From Eledone cirrhosa (taxonomy: Eukaryota): a DNA stretch of 64,000 bases. Location of the stretch: contig OZ024750.1 of the NCBI GenBank assembly GCA_964016885.1, positions 44,640,001 to 44,704,000 of the forward strand, written 5' to 3'. Within the stretch, counting starts at the first letter, position 1. Each line of letters begins with the position of its first letter. The position numbers and the translations under genes are program-made. The notes beneath the pieces are model-generated. The model made no database searches. It was not told where the DNA came from and was given only the letters and a program-made list of their open reading frames with translations. Shown piece by piece: positions 25,879 through 35,094 of this stretch.

Positions 25879-28800
25879 TTACAGATATATACTCAGAGTC
25901 GGCCCATTCACTCGGGCCATTCTTGCTTCTCTCACCCATCTTTCAACAAAATGCTGGGAAGAGAGCACTTCCTTCTCTACTCTGATTTTCCTTTTCAAAT
26001 GAAATTTGAAAAAGTCAATCAGAGCATCACCGAAGAGGTAAGTGCTCGTCTTCAGCCCTTTCAAACGTGTCCACCATACTATCTCTTTCGCCATGGCCAC
26101 CAGACAGATAAAAACTGCCTGCCCTTCCCGGCTAAAGGAGGAGGGCGGGGCAATCCTCACGATAGACTCAGATGATAGCTGGATCCGTCCTAAACGCGAC
26201 AGCAGGTGTTCGACATAAACCCACAAGTCAGCAATTTTCGGACACTGGACGAGTGCGTGCAGGACGGTTTCGTCGCCCTGCGCGCATCTCGGACATGCCC
26301 GGCTGACGGCACCTCCATGCCTGTAGAGTTTATCCCGAACTGGCAAGGCTCCTCGGTAGCACTGCCAGGCCAGAGATTTCTGGAAGTTGTCCATAGGCCC
26401 TGGCCCGAAGGTTCTTCCGAAGAGATTGGCTAGTTGATTTTCGTCGACGCCTAGAGTTTCCCCAAGTACGTCGTCGCTCTTCCCCTCCACTAATCCTCTA
26501 TAGAACGCCGAGGTGGAGTTTCCACCGATCACATTGCCCGATTGGTCGAGGGCTGTGAGCGCCTGAAGACATTCCAGTCTCCAGGCGCTCCCTCTCGGTC
26601 TTCGCTTGACCCAGGACTGCAGCTCCGTCAAGGAAACGAGCTGGGGAAAAACGCGTCTAGCAAACGGCGACCACACCTGATCACCGTCGAGGAAGAGGTG
26701 GAGATGTCGTAGCCTGAGCGCGTGCCTGCGCATCATCAGCCACGGCATGCCCAGCCCTCCACGTAGCGGGTGTTGACAACAGATGGACCGCCTGACCATC
26801 GGAGCACGTCCCTTCCACAAAAAGCGAAAGAGCAAACGCTCCAGCGCAGTCAGGCGAGGCTTAGGACAAGGTACGACGGTTAGGCGGTAGCAGATGACAG
26901 ACGCGATGTACGCGTTAGCCACCTCCGCTCGACCTTTCAGGGATAGCTTCCTCTCCGCCCATTTCTGGGTGAGAGAAGCCACCCTGCTCGTCACCTCGTC
27001 CCAGTTTTTGTCCGTCTGGAGGTCCGGACCGAACCAGACCCCTAGCAATTTAACCGGTCCGTCCGTCCAGCGCCCGACGACGCTGTTGGACGGCATGGAC
27101 CTGCCTCTCCAGGTGCCGAGCTGCAGGCCCACTGACTTTTCCTGGTTGATCATTGCTCCTGTCACCGCTTCGTATTCTCTTAGTGTAGTGCCGATCGCCT
27201 CGATGTGTTTGGCGTTCGACACCACTACGGTGACATCGTCCGCATATGCTGACACGGATCTTCCGCATCCTAGTTCGCGCGGGACTCCCCTCAACGTCTC
27301 CAGTTTGTGCAGTAATGGCTCGAGAGTCAATACGTACAAGAGGGACGAGAGGGGACATCCTTGGCGGACCGAGCGCATGATGTTGAACGGTTCCGACAGG
27401 TGACCGTTCACTCTCACCACAGAGCAGATGTCGCTGTGCATGGCAGCGATCCAGCCTCTGAAGACGGGCCCAAAGCCAGCCGCCCTCAGGACTGCCGCTA
27501 GGTAACGATGGTCGACCCTATCGAAAGCTTTCGACTGATCTAAATTGATCAAGGACCCACCCGTGCCAGGTTCCCTAGCTACCCTCTCTACGATGTATCG
27601 CATGAGGTGGAGGTTGTCGTGGATGGATCTGTCGGGAATGGCGCATGTCTGCGCCTCTCCCACCAGACCACCAACGACAAGCGCCAACCTCTTTGCTAGC
27701 ACCTTGGCCAAAATCTTAAACTCTGTGTTTAGCAGAGTTATGGGCCGGAAATTGTCTATGTTATCCCCCTTGTTCGGATCCTTTCTCAGCAGTGCCACCG
27801 CTCCTCGGCTCACAGAACTGGGAATTCTCCCGTTCTGTTGCCAGTTGCAGTAGACGTCCGCCAAGAGGCCTCCGAACAAGTCTGGCATCTGTACGTAAAG
27901 TTCATAGGGCAGACCATCCAAACCAGGCGATTTACCCCTTGTGCAGCCAGTCATTGCCTCCCTTACTTCAGCGGCTGTTATCGGCTTTTCGCAACACTTC
28001 GCCTCAGTGGCCGAGAGCCGCGGCAGTCCGTCGAGGTAGACACTAAAGTCCATCCCTCTACCCGGCCCCCCGCTGCCCCCGAACAGCTGAGCGAAGTGTC
28101 GCTGAAAAGCTTCACACATTTGCCCGGGATCGAGTAGCATGCGCCCGTCGTGGTCCACCAAAGACCGGATCGTGGCTTTGTTGCCACGACGCGCCTCCGC
28201 CACTCGGGCCCATTGAACGGCTTTCGTCCCCTCGTGTCTGAGAGCACGCACCCTAGCTCTGACAACGCAGCCTTCGTGCTTTGCATTGAAGAATTGGTCA
28301 AGGGCCAATTTCGCCGCAAGCACGTCGGTCGCAATGCCTTTGCTAAGCGCCTCGTCTAATTTTCTAACTAGTTCTCCCTCTGCTCTATTTTTCTCTATTG
28401 CTAAAGCCTTACTAAACCTAATCGATTCTATTCTAATCGCTCTTTTCAGAGCAAACCACCACTTGTTGTTGACGATGGCCCCCGTCAACGCCCGCTTAAC
28501 TAGTTCGCTAATCCGGTCTCTGTAGGCCTTGCGCGCTGGTAAGGACGCGTTTAGCTTCCAGTAGCCGGGTCCTCGTCTATGAAGCCTATCTAAGTCAAGC
28601 ACACAGATCACGAATTTGTGGTCCGTGTAGCTGACTATCTTGAATTGTGGACAGCCTATGCTAGACCTATCTATTTCCCTACAAAATACTCTATCTAGAT
28701 ATGATCTGGATGACCCTATGCGGTTTGTCCAAGTCCACATTGGCACATTCGGGAAATCCAATCGGTACCTGTCAGACAGTTCAAAACGCCTGAGCAGGTT

Positions 28801-29298
28801 GGTGAGGCTCTTGCACCCTCCACCCCTATCCGCTAATCCCACACAGTCCCAGCGTGCATCTAAGATCCCGTTCCAGTCGCCCACTAACACTAAAGAGCGC
28901 GACGTTCCAAGAAAGGTCTCCAGACGCCGGAAGAAATCAGGCCGCCCTGCTCCTGTCGGGGCATAGACGGCCACTAGCCTGAAAGCTTGCCCGTCTCCGC
29001 TGGTCACGTCCAGCACCACCAGCTTACCCTCTGGGTCCAGGAAGATGGCCCGTATGGCGAGATCCAAACCTCTCCGAAAAAGCACAGCAACTCCTCCACC
29101 CGATCCAGGACGGCTGGGAGATGCGTACACATCGTAGCCGCCGAAGATCGGTGCGAAGGCCCGTGCTTCGGAGATTCTGGTCTCGCTGATGGCCACTACA
29201 TCTATGTTTAGTGACCTGAGGTCGTTGAGCAGGTGACCCTGCTTCCATGACGACCCCAAGCCACGCGCATTTATGCTGCCTATTCTGAGTGAGGTCAT
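25879..29298 (-). CDS. ORF2 APE-RT-CCHC (1139 aa), intact
   Basis: Same motifs as 19801-23220. Confidence 0.97.
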   Translation of the reverse strand: MTSLRIGSINARGLGSSWKQGHLLNDLRSLNIDVVAISETRISEARAFAPIFGGYDVYASPSRPGSGGGVAVLFRRGLDLAIRAIFLDPEGKLVVLDVTSGDGQAFRLVAVYAPTGAGRPDFFRRLETFLGTSRSLVLVGDWNGILDARWDCVGLADRGGGCKSLTNLLRRFELSDRYRLDFPNVPMWTWTNRIGSSRSYLDRVFCREIDRSSIGCPQFKIVSYTDHKFVICVLDLDRLHRRGPGYWKLNASLPARKAYRDRISELVKRALTGAIVNNKWWFALKRAIRIESIRFSKALAIEKNRAEGELVRKLDEALSKGIATDVLAAKLALDQFFNAKHEGCVVRARVRALRHEGTKAVQWARVAEARRGNKATIRSLVDHDGRMLLDPGQMCEAFQRHFAQLFGGSGGPGRGMDFSVYLDGLPRLSATEAKCCEKPITAAEVREAMTGCTRGKSPGLDGLPYELYVQMPDLFGGLLADVYCNWQQNGRIPSSVSRGAVALLRKDPNKGDNIDNFRPITLLNTEFKILAKVLAKRLALVVGGLVGEAQTCAIPDRSIHDNLHLMRYIVERVAREPGTGGSLINLDQSKAFDRVDHRYLAAVLRAAGFGPVFRGWIAAMHSDICSVVRVNGHLSEPFNIMRSVRQGCPLSSLLYVLTLEPLLHKLETLRGVPRELGCGRSVSAYADDVTVVVSNAKHIEAIGTTLREYEAVTGAMINQEKSVGLQLGTWRGRSMPSNSVVGRWTDGPVKLLGVWFGPDLQTDKNWDEVTSRVASLTQKWAERKLSLKGRAEVANAYIASVICYRLTVVPCPKPRLTALERLLFRFLWKGRAPMVRRSICCQHPLRGGLGMPWLMMRRHALRLRHLHLFLDGDQVWSPFARRVFPQLVSLTELQSWVKRRPRGSAWRLECLQALTALDQSGNVIGGNSTSAFYRGLVEGKSDDVLGETLGVDENQLANLFGRTFGPGPMDNFQKSLAWQCYRGALPVRDKLYRHGGAVSRACPRCAQGDETVLHALVQCPKIADLWVYVEHLLSRLGRIQLSSESIVRIAPPSSFSREGQAVFICLVAMAKEIVWWTRLKGLKTSTYLFGDALIDFFKFHLKRKIRVEKEVLSSQHFVERWVREARMARVNGPTLSIYL

Positions 29299-29333
29299 GT
29301 TTAAAATAGAGTGGAAAAGATGGGAAAGACCAC

Positions 29334-31428
29334 TTACCGTATTTTTGGTAGAGGAGGGATGGTTTTTACATCCCTTTTCACTTGATCGTCTGGTGAAGGG
29401 ACCGTTGAATCGTCCCTTCGGCTGGTCGTCGGCTCTTCTAAGAGAATGTCTGAATATACTCTTCGATTAATGGTTCCTCCTAGGTCCCTGAAATCACCAA
29501 CTGCGTTGGGGAATTTCGTTTTAATGTTTGTGTATTGTTTCTGTGCTATTTTTAGCAGTCTTATGTTAGTTGGCGTTTTGATTGGTGCTGGTATTATGTA
29601 GTCCTGTTGTGAAATGTCTGTGTGTTCAATTATGTAAGTCATTAGTTTCTTGTTGTGTGTGTTTATTGCCGTGCATTTGTTTTTCTGGGGGTGGGGTGTG
29701 GTTCTGCTATTTTCTTGTCGTTGTTGCTGGGTGTGTGTGTTTTGTTGTTGTGTTTGCGATGTTGGTGCTTGTGGTGGTGGTGTTGAAGGTGTTGTTGGCG
29801 GTGGGGTTGTCGCCGGTGGTGATGGTGGTGCTGGTGTGGGTGGTGATGGTGTTGGTGGTGTTGCTGCTGTGGGTCTCTTTGCAGTAGACTTTACCCTTTT
29901 CTCATTTCTTTCCTCCCTTTTCAAAGGCGACGATGCGCTGCTTCTGCGTTTGTGCCTTCTTGAGACCTTTTGCCATCCCTCTCCCACCTCACACTCCATG
30001 TCTGATTCTGTAAGGTCGGGGAGGGGTACCAGCTCCACTCTTTCACTTGTTGTTGTTGGTGATGTTTGCACTGGAGTCTCTGTTGCAGCTGCATTTGGTA
30101 TTGCTGTTGTTGTTGTTAATATTTCCACTGCTGCTGCTGTCTTTGATTTCCGTGGAGTGGGTATGGGTGCCACGGACCTATCGTTCCTGGTTGCCGCTTG
30201 TCCTGTTGCTGGTAGCCGTGGAACCGGATTCGGGAGGAGGGGGGTTTTCTCCTTTCTCAGGGTCTTCTCGTTGCAGAAGGCCCTGAGGTGAGTCTTCGAT
30301 CCACAGCGAAAGCATTTCGGGCGTTTGCCCTCAACACTTATGGGCAGTTGAGTGCCGTTATCGAAGTCTATCACATCCGGGATAGCTTCGATGCACTCCT
30401 GGTTGGTTTGGATTAGCATCTCAATGGAGGAGCCGACCCAATCTTCTCTTACTTTTTTCTGTACTTGCAGTACAGTTGTTTTGTCCTCGATTCCGACGAG
30501 GACAGACGCGGCCAGCCAAGAAGGGGTCATTCCGGGGGGGGACGTGGGTCAGTTTGACCCTCACAATTTTTTGCCCGCAGTAGGAGGGCACCAACACCAT
30601 TTCCTCGCTCCTTAGGGTCACTATTGATTGGGCCTTTGCCTCCTGGGGTGTGGCAAAAAGTACGTCTACGGTGGCGTATTTTTTGCCTCGGGTGATGTGC
30701 GTTTTCCTCTGCCACACAGACCCCAAGGCTTTTTGTATTTGGGCCTCTGTGGCTCTTTCCACCCTACGGGATTTTGTACTTACTGTACGGTACGTGACCG
30801 TACAGTGCTCTTGGGTTTCGAAAAAATTTTTCGCTGCCTTGCAGATTGCTCGGTGTCCGTTCTTTGTCACCATCTTCTTCGCTTCCTCTAATTCCTCATT
30901 TGTTATGAGGATTGTTTCCAGGTTTTTCGCAATACCTGCAAATGAGATTGGTTTTTCTCTGCTGTTGTTGTTGTCGTCAGAGCTGCTGGTACTTTTGTTG
31001 TTGCTGCAGGTACTACGACTACTGCCTCCGCCGCTGTTGCTGTGGTTGTTGTTGGTGTTGCTGCTGCTAATGCTGTTGTTGTTTATGCTGCTGGTGATGC
31101 TGTTGCGGCTGCTACTGTTGTTTTCATTGTCACTGTTGCTGTTGTTATTACGGCTGCTACTGCTATTATTCCTGACGTCAGACGAATGAACTGGGTTTTC
31201 GTATTTCCCGCACACCTGTTTCGTCGCTGTCGTCGTCGTGGAGAAACCTTGCACGCTTTGCACGAGACTTTTCTTTTCTTTCGTCACTTGCGAAAGAGAA
31301 GGGAGGGAGAGAGACACATTTAAAGAAGGGAGGGAGAGAGACAATCTTCTCTCTGCTGTAGTGATGATTGAGGAAGAAGAAGACGGAATGAGTGGGAGTG
31401 ACGTATGAAATTTCTTTTTCGTAGCCAT
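29334..31428 (-). pseudogene. ORF1 with +1 frameshift in a homopolymer
   Basis: G8 at 30534-30541 versus G7 in B1; may be a sequencing error. Confidence 0.75.
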
Positions 31429-31829
31429 GTTGTTTTTTGTTTAAAATGAAATTTTGGGTACAAAACCCCAATAACTGGTTATTTAACCCCGAAGGGCCAA
31501 ATAACGGACTGAAAGACCCCTCTCACGAGGAGGAGGGTGTCTTTATCAACAATTTGGTTCAAGTTTTAAACAATTTACAATTGTTTTAACGGTTAAAAAT
31601 TACTATACCTTACAGAGCCGAGCCTCCGTCAACCATGGCATTCAATAATAATAATAATAATGATAATAATAGAACGAATAATTATATGAATAATAACAGT
31701 AACTATTATTGTTATTTTTATTATTAGAAATGGAAGAAAAGTAACAATAAAAATGATAACAAAGACAATAAATTAATTAGTCCGCTTCTTTGCCAATTTC
31801 AGCACCATTATGATATTAATGAGAGGTTG

Positions 31830-32415
31830 TAGAAAGAGATAGAGAGAGAGAGCGTGAGAGAGAGGGGGCTGTGTGTGGGAGAGAGAGAGGGGGGCTGTTT
31901 GTGGGTGAGATAGAGATAGAGTGAGGAACTGTGTGGGTGAGAGAGAGAGATAGAGAGAGAGTGGGGTGACAGTGTGTTGGTGAGAGAGATAGAGAGGGGG
32001 TTGTGTGTGGGCGAGAGAGAGATAAAGAGAGAGAAAGGGGGTGACAGTGTGTGGGGGTGAGAGAAGAGAGAGAGAGAGAAAGAGAGGGGAGTGACAGTGT
32101 GTGGGTGTGAGAGAGAGAAAGATAGATAGAGAGGAGGGCAGTGTGTGGGTGTGTGAGAGAGAAAGAGAGACAGAACACAGTGGGTAAGCGAGAAAAAGAA
32201 AGAACCATTAAGCGAAGGAGGGAAAGAGAGAGTTAAAGAGAGGGGACGGAGAGTGAGAGAGAAAGAAAGGTGGAGTGAGGCAGGGAGAGAGAAAGAGAGG
32301 TAGAGTGAGGCAGGGAGAGAGTTAACGAGAGGGGACGGAGAGTGAGAGAGAAGGAAAAGTGGAGTGAGGGAGAGAGAGAGAGATAAAGAGAGGGGAAGGA
32401 GAGTGAGAGTTAGAG

Positions 32416-32476
<61 letters not shown>

Positions 32477-32500
32477 GAGAGTGTGTGTGTGAAAGAGAGA
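31830..32500. repeat. GA-rich degenerate minisatellite and (GA)n
   Basis: Recurrent ggggtgacagtgtgtggg..gagagaga units. Confidence 0.8.
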
Positions 32501-32614
32501 TGAAGAAAAGAAAACAGTAGAGAAAGAAGTATGACGTAAGGGAGGGTGTTCCTCAATAGGGGAGAGAGAGATTTCGGTAGCGACACTTCTTGATGATGGA
32601 GGCGGTGTCAAAAG

Positions 32615-32665
32615 GTGGCAGTAGTAGTAGTAGTAGTAGTAGTGGTGGCGGTGGTAGTAGTAGTT

Positions 32666-32698
<33 letters not shown>

Positions 32699-32809
32699 AT
32701 GATAGTAGTGGCGGTGGTAGTAGTAGTTGTAGTAATAGTATTATTATTATTAGTAGTAGTAGTAATGGTGGCGGTGGTAGTAGTAGTTGTAGTAGTGGTG
32801 CTGGTGATG

Positions 32810-32854
<45 letters not shown>

Positions 32855-32991
32855 ATGGTGGTAGTGGTGGTGGTGATGTCAGTTATAGTTGTGGTAGTGG
32901 TGGTAGTGGTGGTAGTAGTAGTAGTGGTGGTAGTAGTTGTACTAGTGGTGGTGGTGATGGTGGTAGTATTATTATTATTATTATTATTATT
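32615..32991. repeat. (GTA)n/(GGT)n trinucleotide array ending in (ATT)8
   Basis: Direct observation; the (ATT)8 abuts copy A1. Confidence 0.9.
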
Positions 32992-33127
32992 GACGAAAGT
33001 GGATGTACGTTTTTTGAAGCTCCGTGAGTAAGCAATTTTTGAGGATTAATTGTAGAGAATTGTTTATTTTTTGTACCGCTGAAGCATTATAAGACATTAA
33101 TTTGTATCCTGTGAAGGAATAACTCAT

Positions 33128-33155
33128 AATATTTGGGCCTTTTGGCCCAAATATT
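33128..33155 (+). promoter_or_regulatory. 5'UTR hairpin of family A (in every A copy and in C at 17624-17651)
   Basis: aatatttgggcc-tttt-ggcccaaatatt perfect 12-bp stem. Confidence 0.6.
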
Positions 33156-33202
33156 TGAACTTTATTTTGAAAAAAAATAATAATTTTTTTCTCAAAAAAA
33201 AC

Positions 33203-35065
33203 ATGGCGGAGCCACGCCCCCTAGAGGCGGGTCTGCTGTCGTGCAACGGCGACTTGAGCGTTGAGAGGAGAGGTGAGGCGAGGAGCGCCACCAGCACGAA
33301 TGTGAGCAGCGACAGTGCCAGCACCAACGGGCCGAGCGGCGCGGAAGGTGGTAACAGCGACAACACCAACACCAACAAGCCGAACAGCGCAGAAGGTGGT
33401 AATAGCGAGAGCACCAACAAGGCCAACAGCACAGAAGGTAACCACGACACAGGGGAGAACAACAACAGCAATAGCAGCAGCAACACCAACAAGAACAACA
33501 ACAGTGACAACACCAACAAGAACACTTTCGCTGCTGTGGCAGCGGCTAAAAGGAGACCATGCTACAGCATCGACTTAACCAACAGAGAGGAAAAGTTGGC
33601 CCAGGCCTGGAAAATCATAAACCAAGAGCAGACCTGGGCAAACTTAACTGTCCCGGCAGAAGCCATTGAGGCAGTGGAAAAAAGAACGGTGCATTTCAGA
33701 TGCATCTCAGTAGAGACAAAGAGGGCAGCGATAATCGCCCAAGCTGACATAGAAGCCGCACTGAAATACATCAGAGAGGACACAGACTTCATAGAGAGGG
33801 GCAGGCAATACGGCACCGTTTCGGTGCTGTTCAAGTCTGAAGCCCTCGCTGTGAAGCATTCAATGACCCCTTGCAAAACCAGCAAGGTCATAATGTACCC
33901 CTCCCACATGGGAAAACGAATAGCACGTGTGCGCATTCCCAGGATTCCACCAGGACTTGATATGTGGTGGCTCCTGGGTTGCGTAATCGTGGAAGGAACG
34001 GATACAGTCCCGGTAGAGGCAACGAGAACTGCCAGGGACGACTGGTCCGGGGTTGATCTGGAGATACTGCTCCAAATCAGACCCGAAAACGTAAAAACAA
34101 TCCCGGACCACATCCGCCTCCAAAACGGGAGGGTGTTGCATATAATGACTGAGGGCAAAAGGCCGCATTGTTTCCTTTGTGGGGAAACGACACACTTGCG
34201 AGCCTTCTGCCCTCAACTGCCGAAAAGCGCAAGGGGTCGAAAGATTCCACTGCTGGCGACGCCGGGACAAGGACCACCAGCAACACCGTCAACAATGGAA
34301 CCACCAAAATTGCACACCCAGGGGGGAAACGAGGAAAGCTCTCCCATTCCCCCTCCCCCCCAAAATACACACACGAACAAGAACATAAACACTCACTCAG
34401 ACACAAACACGCTCACAGCCACAGACCCCTCATCCTCCAGCAGTGAAGATGAGGGAAAACCAAAGTCCCCCAAAATACAAAAAACAAAACACAAAAAAAA
34501 AAGAAATCCACAAAGCACAAACACCCCCACAAAAGAAAATACACACACCACCCACACAAACATTTTCCCCACAGCATCACCAACACAACCACCAAAATCC
34601 CCCAAACGCAAACAAGCTAAACAGACACAAGAACAAATAGACACACAAACATCAGAAACTACAGACACCCCACCCACAACAAACGCAGACACAATAGAAA
34701 CAACACTAACAAAGCTATCACCACCACAATCACACGAACAAATAAAACCCGAGCAACAAAACATTAAAAACTTCGTGCTTGCCAGAAGGGCCAACAAGGA
34801 ATTGATGGCCCATGTAGCACGAAGCACAAACATCGAAAAAGACGGGGAAACATTTGAAGCGAGCACATTTCGCGTACCAGATAATTTGCTTCTGATGCGA
34901 ATGTCGCTCGCTTCATACAAAGAAATTCGAAAGAGCTTTCCTCGGGATGTGGGAACCCCGAACGTAAAACCCACGTCAAGACTATTAAAGGGGTTCCCAA
35001 AAGAAACCCCACAAACCATGGAGGTCGAACCACCCGACCTTCACAAGACCCCGGAAGGTAAGTAA
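33203..35065 (+). CDS. ORF1 (620 aa; 16 aa shorter than other A copies)
   Basis: First ATG (MAEPRP), CFLCGETTHLRAFC knuckle. Confidence 0.9.
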   Translation: MAEPRPLEAGLLSCNGDLSVERRGEARSATSTNVSSDSASTNGPSGAEGGNSDNTNTNKPNSAEGGNSESTNKANSTEGNHDTGENNNSNSSSNTNKNNNSDNTNKNTFAAVAAAKRRPCYSIDLTNREEKLAQAWKIINQEQTWANLTVPAEAIEAVEKRTVHFRCISVETKRAAIIAQADIEAALKYIREDTDFIERGRQYGTVSVLFKSEALAVKHSMTPCKTSKVIMYPSHMGKRIARVRIPRIPPGLDMWWLLGCVIVEGTDTVPVEATRTARDDWSGVDLEILLQIRPENVKTIPDHIRLQNGRVLHIMTEGKRPHCFLCGETTHLRAFCPQLPKSARGRKIPLLATPGQGPPATPSTMEPPKLHTQGGNEESSPIPPPPQNTHTNKNINTHSDTNTLTATDPSSSSSEDEGKPKSPKIQKTKHKKKRNPQSTNTPTKENTHTTHTNIFPTASPTQPPKSPKRKQAKQTQEQIDTQTSETTDTPPTTNADTIETTLTKLSPPQSHEQIKPEQQNIKNFVLARRANKELMAHVARSTNIEKDGETFEASTFRVPDNLLLMRMSLASYKEIRKSFPRDVGTPNVKPTSRLLKGFPKETPQTMEVEPPDLHKTPEGK

Positions 35066-35094
35066 ACCTTTCCTCTCCCATTCATCCTGCCAGC

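Larger units (their letters stand above)
25616..31643 (-). mobile_element. Full-length Tx1/L1-type LINE, family B copy 2
   Basis: Near-identical to B1, offset 6078-6079 bp. Confidence 0.95.

Noticed and set aside
32590-33031. Poly-Ser/Gly and poly-Val ORFs
   Set aside because: Translation of the (GTA)/(GGT) repeat
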